Origin: Deltaproteobacteria bacterium
GTDB taxonomy: Bacteria; Myxococcota_A; UBA9160; UBA6930
Reading direction: 5' to 3'
Assembly (NCBI GenBank): GCA_029261775.1
Contig: JAJDAR010000298.1
Location: 1-47,257, forward strand
DNA length: 47,257 nucleotides
How positions within the stretch are numbered: the first letter of the stretch is position 1; every line of letters begins with the position of its first letter. The position numbers and the translations under genes were made by a program. Of this stretch, positions 33,296-40,989 are shown in pieces. The notes beneath the pieces are model-generated. The model was not told where the DNA came from. It worked only from the letters and a program-made list of their open reading frames with translations, and searched no databases.

Positions 33296-34728
33296 CAGAT
33301 CGGATCCTCCGGGTGGGGTGCGGTCTCCGCCGGGCGGAGGGGCACCGAGTGATCGATGCCGGCAGCTTCCTTCAGCTCCTCGAGAGCGAGGGGAATGCCA
33401 TCGGCCAGGAACCAGGGATCCGGCACCAGTTCGGGGTCGACCGTCACGCCGAAGTCCACGCGATCGACGTAGCTGACGACCGTGATGTTGAGACCCATGC
33501 CGGGCAGGATCAGGCTCATCGGGTAGGTGGCCTCGAGTCGCCCGCCCGCCATGTAGAGGGGAACCGGCGGACCCGGAACGTTCGAGACCACCGCGTTGGC
33601 GCCGATCGGCATCGAGGCCGCCGTGGACGAGATCATCCGGTAGGCGAGGTTCAGGACGGCCGGTGCCACCGTGTCCCCCATCGCCTGGATGTCGCGGGCG
33701 CGCATCGCCTCGGACATCTCCTTGGCCTGGAGGGTGTTCTCGTGGATCGTGCGCAGGCGCTCGACCGGGTCGTCGATGTCCGTGGCCCAGGACACCATCA
33801 TGCTGCCGACCTGGTTGCCCAGGTCCTTGTCGCCGGCACCGCGGGTGGACACCGGGACGGAGACCACGAGCGACTCGGCGGGAAGCTCACCCTGCGCCTC
33901 GAGGTATCGCCGCACGGCAGAGCCGCACAGCTCGAGCACGACGTCGTTCACCTTGACGTCGAAGTGCTTCTTCATCGCGCGGATGTCCGAGAGGCTGACC
34001 GTGCTCCAGGCGACGGCACGGCGCGTGCCGATGTCGCCATTGAACGAGACCTTGGGAATGCTCGCGCCGAGCGCGGACTCACGCGCGTAGGGGAGCGCGG
34101 CCAGTCCCCGCCGGGCCGCCTGGCCGACGTAGCGCGCGACGCGGAGCGGCGTGCCGAAGCTGTGCCAGAGCCCGCCGAGGTAGAGCTCGAAGTCCGAGGG
34201 ATCCCGTTCGGCGCGAGCCGCGGGACGCTGCGGTCCCTCGTCGCGAGGCGCCGGATCCGGCTCGAGGTCGCACAGCAGCTCCGTGAGGCCGACGCCTGAC
34301 ATCCCGTCGATCAGGCAGTGGTGCGTCTTGCTGAAGAGGGCGACGCGTCCGCCCGCGAGGCCTTCGATCCACCACATCTCCCACAAGGGACGCGAGCGAT
34401 CGAGCTTCGGGGAGTAGAGATCTGCGACCAGCGCGGCGAGCTCGCGGAGCCCTCCCGGCGAAGGAACGGCAACGCGCCGCAAGTGGCGGGTGACGTCGAA
34501 GTCCGGGTCCTGCACGAAGTAGGGCCGGTCCAGGCCCAGCGGCACTTCGCGCAGCTTGGCGGTGAAGCGCGGCGCCTGCGCGACCCGCCCGGCGGCTTCT
34601 CGCACGAAACGCTCGTAGCCGAAGCTCTCGCTGACGGGCTCGAGCACGGTGACGCCACCGATGTGGGCGTGGGTGGTCGCCGTCTCCATGGAGAGGAAGA
34701 TCGCGTCGCTTCCCGACAGCTGTTGCAT
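33295..34728 (-). CDS. Wax ester synthase/diacylglycerol acyltransferase (WS/DGAT)
   Basis: LSG.DA.FL..ET, LDRSRPLWE, catalytic HHCLIDG, VNDVVL, VSNVPGP..PLY..G, GLNITV.SY. Confidence 0.95.
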   Translation of the reverse strand: MQQLSGSDAIFLSMETATTHAHIGGVTVLEPVSESFGYERFVREAAGRVAQAPRFTAKLREVPLGLDRPYFVQDPDFDVTRHLRRVAVPSPGGLRELAALVADLYSPKLDRSRPLWEMWWIEGLAGGRVALFSKTHHCLIDGMSGVGLTELLCDLEPDPAPRDEGPQRPAARAERDPSDFELYLGGLWHSFGTPLRVARYVGQAARRGLAALPYARESALGASIPKVSFNGDIGTRRAVAWSTVSLSDIRAMKKHFDVKVNDVVLELCGSAVRRYLEAQGELPAESLVVSVPVSTRGAGDKDLGNQVGSMMVSWATDIDDPVERLRTIHENTLQAKEMSEAMRARDIQAMGDTVAPAVLNLAYRMISSTAASMPIGANAVVSNVPGPPVPLYMAGGRLEATYPMSLILPGMGLNITVVSYVDRVDFGVTVDPELVPDPWFLADGIPLALEELKEAAGIDHSVPLRPAETAPHPEDPI

Positions 34729-34828
34729 GGCCCGGCTTCTCCCTTCCCTCCCCCCTCGAGCATTGTCGGCTCCCTGCACGCCACCGCAAGGCAAGCGCCG
34801 TCGGTTTTCGGTGCGGAACGCCATCTTG

Positions 34829-34846
34829 GAACGACCGTTCGAACGG
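34829..34846. promoter_or_regulatory. Overlapping palindromes GAACG-AC-CGTTC (34829-34840) and CCGTTCGAACGG (34835-34846); candidate operator
   Basis: In the divergent region between the WS/DGAT operon and the esterase. Confidence 0.45.
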
Positions 34847-34979
34847 GCCTCGGGACGACCCGGGAACTGACGTCGGTTTCACCCGCCGGGCGCTGCCCTC
34901 GCCGAGCCCGCGCCCACCGAGAGCGCACCCGCGGATCGGCTTCTAGGATACGAGCGCCCTCTCTCCCATCGGAGCGCCC

Positions 34980-36194
34980 ATGCTGAACGGTTCCCTGCAC
35001 CCCGACTTCGCCGACGTGGCCCGGAGCCTGGCCCGGATCCTCCCGAAGAAGGGTCCCGGCGGAGCCGCCGCCTGCGTCTACCACCGCGGCGAGAAGGTCG
35101 TGGACATCTGGGGCGGGACCCGCAACCGCAAGGGTGACCCCTGGGAGGAGGAGACCCTCTCCATCTCCTTTTCGACGACCAAGGGCGTCGCGTCGACCTT
35201 GCTTCACGTCTACGCCGATCGGGGAAAGCTCGACCTCGACGAGCCGGTGGCGACGTGGTGGAGCGAGTTCGGCGCCGCGGGCAAGGAGGCCATCACGGTC
35301 CGGCAGCTGATGTGTCACGAGGCGGGGCTGTATGCGATCGCGGACGTCGTGGATCACGCCCGAGACATGCTGGACTGGGACGGCATGGCCGCGCGCCTGG
35401 CCGCCGCGACTCCGCGCCATCCGGCCGGCGCCGCCCACGGCTATCACGCGATGACCTACGGCTGGCTCGTCGGCGAGCTCGTGCGACGGGTGGCCGACAT
35501 GAAGCCCTTCCCCGAGCTGCTCGAGAGCGAGCTGGCCCGGCCGCTGGGTCTCACCGGGCTCTACTGCGGCGTGCCTGCCGATCAACAGACGCGTTGCGCA
35601 GAGCTGATGGCCGCCGGCATGGAGGGCACGCCGGACGAGCAGAAGCGGCGCACCGCGAACGTGCGTGAGCGAGCCGTTCGCTGGCGCGATCGCCTGTCCC
35701 GCGTGGGCGTGCGCTGGGACCCGACCGAAGCGATCGACGCCCTCGTGGCACCGGAGATGCACGAGCTCGACTTCAACGGCGAAGCGTTCCGCGCCGCCTC
35801 CATCCCCGCGGCCAACGGCATGTTCACCGCGCGTTCCCTGGCGCGGCTCTACGCCTGCCTGGCCGGCGGCGGGGAGCTCGACGGAGTTCGGCTGCTCTCG
35901 TCCGAAGCCGTGTGGCGCGCGAGTCAGGAGCAGAACCGGGGCGTCGGCCGCGTGATCCCCGTCTCGATGCGCTGGAGGCTCGGCTACCACCGGGTCTTCG
36001 CACTGCGCGCCAAGGTGCCGGCCGGCTTCGGACACTTCGGTTTCGGTGGCTCCGGAGCCTGGGCCGACCCGACCCGCCAGCTCTCGGTCGCCCTCACCGT
36101 GAACAGTGGGGTCGGAACTCCCTTCGGCGACACGCGGATCGCCCGCCTCGGAGGCGCCGCCGTGCGCTGCGCCGATCGGCGGATGCGCCGCTAG
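34980..36194 (+). CDS. Serine hydrolase, beta-lactamase fold (family VIII esterase/lipase-like)
   Basis: VVD.WGG, FSTTK (SxxK), W.EFG..GK..IT, GYHA.TYG, FGH.GFGGS..WADP. Confidence 0.92.
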   Translation: MLNGSLHPDFADVARSLARILPKKGPGGAAACVYHRGEKVVDIWGGTRNRKGDPWEEETLSISFSTTKGVASTLLHVYADRGKLDLDEPVATWWSEFGAAGKEAITVRQLMCHEAGLYAIADVVDHARDMLDWDGMAARLAAATPRHPAGAAHGYHAMTYGWLVGELVRRVADMKPFPELLESELARPLGLTGLYCGVPADQQTRCAELMAAGMEGTPDEQKRRTANVRERAVRWRDRLSRVGVRWDPTEAIDALVAPEMHELDFNGEAFRAASIPAANGMFTARSLARLYACLAGGGELDGVRLLSSEAVWRASQEQNRGVGRVIPVSMRWRLGYHRVFALRAKVPAGFGHFGFGGSGAWADPTRQLSVALTVNSGVGTPFGDTRIARLGGAAVRCADRRMRR

Positions 36195-36319
36195 GCGCCG
36201 CGGGATCGCCTCACAGGGCAGCTCGCCTTCGAGGGCGAACCCCCCCACGCCGTGGGCTGCGACGATCGGCGGTCAAGCAGGACCCCCGGATGCCCGAATC
36301 GTCGGAGCGGGAGACGGGC

Positions 36320-38362
36320 GTGCTGCTGCCGATCGGCCACGACGAAAGCAATGTCCGGCGTTGGCCGTGGGTGACCTTCGCGCTGATGGCGCTGTGCATG
36401 CTCACGCTGGTCGCCACTGGCACGACGACCTGCGACGGCTCCCTCCCCGAATGGGAAGCCCGCGTCCAGGCCGAGCTCGCCGAGGTCGAGGACGAGGCGG
36501 ACTACGAGCCGCCGCCGACCCCCTATCACGTCTGGGGCTTGATTCCGTCCGAGATCCGCATGTCGAGCGTGCTCACCCACCAGTTCATGCACGCGGGCTG
36601 GCTGCACCTGTTCGGCAACATGCTGCTGCTCTTCCTGCTCGGCCCACCGATCGAGGATCGCTGGGGCCGACCGGTCTTCCTCGGTCTGTACTTGAGCGGC
36701 GGCGTCTTTGCGGGCCTGTTCTTCGCCGCCATGGCCTCGAGCGCGACGATCCCGCTGGTCGGCGCTTCGGGCGCGATCGCCGCGGTGATGGGCGCCTATC
36801 TGGTCCGGCTCTTCCACAGCAAGCTCCGCTACTTCTACTTCTTCTTCATCCGGATGGGCACCTTCGAAGCCCCTGCCTACCTGATGCTGCCGCTCTGGTT
36901 CTTCGGCGAGCTGTGGAGCGCCAAGCTCTCCGACTCCGTCGGCGCCCAGGGCGGTGTCGCGTATTGGGCCCATGTCGGCGGTTTTCTCTATGGCACCGCG
37001 TTCGCCGGCCTGATCCGCGCCTTCCAGATCGAGAGCCGCTTCTTGAAGCATCGGCTCGAGCAGCGCCTGACGCTGGTGGCGGGCAACCCGATCGTTCAGG
37101 AGATCCAGGGCCTGCAGCAGGAGGGTCGCTTCGAGGAGGCCTTCGAGCGTCTGCAGCGCGAGATGCGGCGAACTCCGGAGGACCCGGACGTGGTGATCGC
37201 CACCTGGGACGCCGCGTCCGCCTTGCAGCGACCCCACGAGATCGCCGGCCCGCTCACCCAGCAGATCGAGCGTTGGGTGGCGCGGGACGAGATGCAGTCG
37301 GCCGCCGACTACTGGTGCGAGCTCACCCTGCTCGTGCCCGACGCGCCGACGGACCCGAAGGTGCTGCTCGCGGTGGCGCGGCGCCTGGACGAGGACGACC
37401 GCGCCCTCGAGGCGCGTCGCGCCCTGGGCCATGCGCTTCGCCACGGGGCCAGCGACCTGAGTCCCGGGCTGGCCCTGCGCTTCTTCGAGATCGCGCGCAC
37501 GCGCGCACCGGAGCTCGCCCCCGACGCGGGGCGGCGTGCCCTCGAGTGGGATCAGCTCCCGGACGAGCGTCGCCGCGATCTGGAGAACCAGCTCGCCGAG
37601 GCGGATGCCCGACGCGCCATGAGCACCGGACCGGAGGTCGCACCCCGAGCGCACGGTTGGCGGGGCGCCTCCCAGCGCGCCCTCGACATCGATCTCGGTC
37701 CCGCGGCCGAGCTCGAGCTCGAAACCTCGGCAGAGCGCTTCGGCAGGACGAGCCCCGACCTCGCCGAGCCCGAGCCGCCCGCCTCCCCGCCCGTCGACGG
37801 GCCGCCGGGTGTGGACCCGCGCGAGAGTCCCGAGCCGCCGGGTGTGGACCCGCGGGAGAGCCCCGAGCCACCTCCCCGGGCCGAGCGGCGCGAGAGTCCG
37901 GAGCCCAGACCCGCACCGCCCGCCGCGGCGTTGGGGAGCGGTCCGCGGATCCGCGAGATCAAGGCGGTCGACGCGGTTCCGCGTGCGCTCGAGGCGGAGG
38001 GTCTCGTGGTCCGGCGCGACGACAAGCTCCATCGGATCCCCTGGTCGCGGATCGAGGCGATCGGCGTCGGCGCGGTGCATGGCGTCGAGGCACGCCCGGT
38101 GCTGCTGATCGACCTCGTGCTCGACTGGAACGACCCGCAGGCCGAGACCCTGCAAGTCGTCCGGCTGTCGAGCCACCGCTACGACCCTCGGCGACTGGCC
38201 CCCGGCATCGACGATCCCATGCAGGCCTTCCACGCGCTGGTGCGGGAGCTGCTCGAACGCAGCCGGGCCACACCGCTGCCCGACGCGGCCTCCCTGTCCG
38301 GCCCGTTGTCGACCTACCCGGATCTGGGGCTGTACGAGTCGCTGGTCCTCGACGCGCAGTAG
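36320..38362 (+). CDS. Rhomboid family intramembrane serine protease with a long C-terminal extension
   Basis: FMHAGWLHLFGNM, GASG (catalytic Ser), AYWAHVGG (His); then a helical-repeat region, a Pro-rich linker and a C-terminal domain. Start is GTG 36320 (GGAG SD) or ATG 36290. Confidence 0.88.
   Translation: MLLPIGHDESNVRRWPWVTFALMALCMLTLVATGTTTCDGSLPEWEARVQAELAEVEDEADYEPPPTPYHVWGLIPSEIRMSSVLTHQFMHAGWLHLFGNMLLLFLLGPPIEDRWGRPVFLGLYLSGGVFAGLFFAAMASSATIPLVGASGAIAAVMGAYLVRLFHSKLRYFYFFFIRMGTFEAPAYLMLPLWFFGELWSAKLSDSVGAQGGVAYWAHVGGFLYGTAFAGLIRAFQIESRFLKHRLEQRLTLVAGNPIVQEIQGLQQEGRFEEAFERLQREMRRTPEDPDVVIATWDAASALQRPHEIAGPLTQQIERWVARDEMQSAADYWCELTLLVPDAPTDPKVLLAVARRLDEDDRALEARRALGHALRHGASDLSPGLALRFFEIARTRAPELAPDAGRRALEWDQLPDERRRDLENQLAEADARRAMSTGPEVAPRAHGWRGASQRALDIDLGPAAELELETSAERFGRTSPDLAEPEPPASPPVDGPPGVDPRESPEPPGVDPRESPEPPPRAERRESPEPRPAPPAAALGSGPRIREIKAVDAVPRALEAEGLVVRRDDKLHRIPWSRIEAIGVGAVHGVEARPVLLIDLVLDWNDPQAETLQVVRLSSHRYDPRRLAPGIDDPMQAFHALVRELLERSRATPLPDAASLSGPLSTYPDLGLYESLVLDAQ
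37801..37872 (+). repeat. 33-bp coding tandem repeat (PPGVDPRESPE x2 plus a degenerate third copy)
   Basis: gccgccgggtgtggacccgcg(c/g)gagag(t/c)cccga occurs twice in tandem. Confidence 0.85.
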
Positions 38363-38373
38363 GGCGGCCGGCC

Positions 38374-39045
38374 TCAGTCGCGCTCGTAGCGCAGGCGGCC
38401 GTCGGCCATCACGCAGCGGTGTCGCGGGCCCACGACTTCCACCTCTCCGGTCTCGTAGCCGACGTCTCCCGGGTAGAGCATCACGACCTCGCCGGCCGCC
38501 GTGCGGTGGATCTGGGGCCGGAAGATCATCGGCTCGCCGGCGCCGAGCCGACGCGCCGCAGCGGCAGCGCGATCGAAGGCGCTGAGCCAGGTGACGGTCA
38601 CGAAAGTAGGAGGGGCCAGCGCGAGGCGTCCGTCGCGGTAGTCCGCCAGCGCCGTGCGGGGCGAGAGCCAGCGGTGGCCGACCATCTCCTCGCCATCCGG
38701 CCGTACGGGTGCCTCCCCGTCCACGACGCCGACGAAGAACCAGGTGTCGAAGCGGCGCGGCGAGACGGGGGGCGTGATCCAGCGGGAGATCGTCGCGAGC
38801 TCGAGGTCGTCGATCGCCAGACCCGACTCCTCGGCGGTCTCGCGTACTCCCGCCAGCCGAGCACTCGCCTCGGAGCGCGGATCCCCGCCCCGCACGTCGT
38901 GCGCCTCGACCCGCCCGCCCGGAAACACCCAGGCGCCCGGCTTGCCCTTCCGACCCGTGCGCTGCATGAGCAGCAGCTCCAGGTCGGCGCCGTCCCGGAG
39001 CAGGACCACCGTGGCCGAGGGGGTGGTCTCCGCCTCGTCGGTCAT
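38374..39045 (-). CDS. NUDIX hydrolase, NUDT19-like (putative acyl-CoA diphosphatase)
   Basis: SATVVLLR, VFPGG.VE, RE..EE.GL Nudix box, WITP...PRRFDT.FF, LAPPT. Confidence 0.88.
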   Translation of the reverse strand: MTDEAETTPSATVVLLRDGADLELLLMQRTGRKGKPGAWVFPGGRVEAHDVRGGDPRSEASARLAGVRETAEESGLAIDDLELATISRWITPPVSPRRFDTWFFVGVVDGEAPVRPDGEEMVGHRWLSPRTALADYRDGRLALAPPTFVTVTWLSAFDRAAAAARRLGAGEPMIFRPQIHRTAAGEVVMLYPGDVGYETGEVEVVGPRHRCVMADGRLRYERD

Positions 39046-39662
39046 CGGCCCGTCCAGGCCGTGAGCACGTCGTCGCTGGTCACGACCGTCGCCACGTTCC
39101 GCAACGTGTGCTCGAACACGGCGTCGACGTAGTCGGCGGGTGTTCCGGCGACGGCGTCGCGCGGCAGCACGACCTGGTACGACGCGTTCACCGCGTCGAA
39201 GGCGAGATTCGTGATGGCGACGTTCACCGAGACGCCGACTCCGACGATCGTCGTGACGCCCAGATTGCGGAGCAGGAAGTCGAGCTCAGTGCCCTGGAAC
39301 GGAGAGAGCCCGTGGAGCCGCGGCAGCACGAGATCCGAATCCGCGACCTCGACCTCGGGAACGACCTGGGCCGCCTCCGAGCCCGGGATCAGGCGCGGCT
39401 CCGACTTCGCCATGTACTGGAAGATCCGCGCGTTGGCGTTGGCGCCGCGACCATCCTCGCGGCGCTCCGCGGTGCAGTGCAGCACGGGCACACCGGCGGA
39501 TCGCGCAGCACGGCAGAGCTGCGCGATCCGCGGAAGGATCTTCGCCCCCTCGGCCGCGAGCTGCGGAAGCGGCGAGCGGTCGCCGATCACTCCGCGTTGG
39601 ATCTCCTGTGTCACCAGGGCGGTGTGATCGGGGTCGAGCAGCTGCTTCAGGTCGATGGCCAT
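39042..39662 (-). CDS. Isochorismatase/cysteine hydrolase family protein (atypical active site)
   Basis: TAL...E.Q.G, F.GT.LD.LLR.LGV.TI...GV..N, DA....Y.V..PRDA; catalytic Cys position is Ala. Confidence 0.85.
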   Translation of the reverse strand: MAIDLKQLLDPDHTALVTQEIQRGVIGDRSPLPQLAAEGAKILPRIAQLCRAARSAGVPVLHCTAERREDGRGANANARIFQYMAKSEPRLIPGSEAAQVVPEVEVADSDLVLPRLHGLSPFQGTELDFLLRNLGVTTIVGVGVSVNVAITNLAFDAVNASYQVVLPRDAVAGTPADYVDAVFEHTLRNVATVVTSDDVLTAWTGR

Positions 39663-39682
39663 CGCGATCCCTCCGTGGCGGC

Positions 39683-40933
39683 TCAGCCGATCACGCCACC
39701 GCTGCGCAACGCCTCGATCTCCTGGTCGGAGAGATCGAGCTCGGCCCGCAACACCTCTTCCGTGTGCTCGCCCAGGCGCGGAAACGAGCCCACGGGACCC
39801 TCGGCGAGACGGGACATCTTGACCGGATTGCCGACAGTCAGATAGGGGCGATCGCTGTCGGGGCGCGGAACCTCGATCAACATGTCCCGCAAGGCCACGT
39901 GGGGATCGGCGTGGATGTCGGCGGCCGTATGGCTCGGGCCGGCGACGATTCCCTGGGCGCCGAGCGCCTCGCAGGCCTCGAGGCGCGTCTTGTCCGCCGC
40001 CCAGGCCTCGAGGGCGGGGCGGATCACGCCGTCGGTGTGCGTGGCCCAGCCGGTGCGCTCCGCGAAGCGCGGATCCGAGAGCCACTCGGGGTGGCCGATC
40101 GTGTGACACAGCTTCTCGAACATGTGCTCGCGAAACACGGCCACCACGAAGAAACCGTCCCGTGCCCGGAAGGCGGCGACCAGGGCCGTGCTGCCGGCCG
40201 ACGCCATGTGCGCGGGTGCGCCCATCGACCACAGGAACGGGACCATGTCCGCCATCGCAATCATCGAGTCGTACATGGCCACGTCGACGTGCTGCCCCAA
40301 TCCGGTGCGCTCGCGGTGCCGAAGCGCGGCGAGCGTGCCGATCACGGAGAACAGCGCCGCTGCGTTGTCACCTAGCGCGCCGGCCACGACCACGGGCGGC
40401 GGAGCATCGCCGCGACGGTTCGGCTCGTAGAGACCGCCCATGGCCTCCGCGATCGGCGCATAGGCGGGCCATGCGGCGTAGGGAGAATCGGTCAGGTTCC
40501 CGAAGCCCGAGAGCGACACGTAGACCAGGCCGGGGTGCAGCGCGGCGAGCTCCTCGTAGCCGAGGCCCATCGCCTGCATCGAGCCGGCGCGGAAGTTCTC
40601 GGCGACGACGTCGAAGTGGGGAACCAGCCGGCGGAACACCTCGCGTCCCTGATCCGTCTTCAGATCGAGGGCCACGCTCTTCTTCGAGAGATTGTGGCGC
40701 AGGAAGGTCGCACCGACCTTTCGCCCGTCGTCGTCCGTCAGGAAAGGATGGGAGGCGCGGCCGGTGTCCCCGCGCTCCGGGTGCTCGACCTTCACGACCT
40801 CCGCGCCGAGATGGGACATCAGCTGGGTCGCGAAGGGCAACGCCTGCATCTGCTCGGCGGCGAGGATGCGCACCCCCTCGAGCGGCTTGCCCCACGCCCC
40901 GCGCTCCGGATGATGGACCTCGCCGACTCGCAT
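39683..40933 (-). CDS. CaiB/BaiF family III CoA-transferase
   Basis: PLEGVRIL, LGAEVVKVEHP..GD..R, ENFR.G, SGFG, LGD, GQHVDVAM.D, P.LGEHTEEVL. Confidence 0.93.
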   Translation of the reverse strand: MRVGEVHHPERGAWGKPLEGVRILAAEQMQALPFATQLMSHLGAEVVKVEHPERGDTGRASHPFLTDDDGRKVGATFLRHNLSKKSVALDLKTDQGREVFRRLVPHFDVVAENFRAGSMQAMGLGYEELAALHPGLVYVSLSGFGNLTDSPYAAWPAYAPIAEAMGGLYEPNRRGDAPPPVVVAGALGDNAAALFSVIGTLAALRHRERTGLGQHVDVAMYDSMIAMADMVPFLWSMGAPAHMASAGSTALVAAFRARDGFFVVAVFREHMFEKLCHTIGHPEWLSDPRFAERTGWATHTDGVIRPALEAWAADKTRLEACEALGAQGIVAGPSHTAADIHADPHVALRDMLIEVPRPDSDRPYLTVGNPVKMSRLAEGPVGSFPRLGEHTEEVLRAELDLSDQEIEALRSGGVIG

Positions 40934-40989
40934 GGCGGCACACGATAGGCTGGAGTGCCCCGACCGGCGAATGATACGCTGCCCGCCTG

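Noticed and set aside
34980-36194. Beta-lactamase / resistance gene
   Set aside because: No signal peptide, and the motifs and lipid-metabolism context fit a family VIII esterase.
36106-39132. 1008-aa alternative-frame ORF (also 40932-43544, 22567-24513, 25376-27238)
   Set aside because: Arg/Gly/Pro/Ala-rich off-frame translations, expected at about 70% GC, that overlap well-supported genes.
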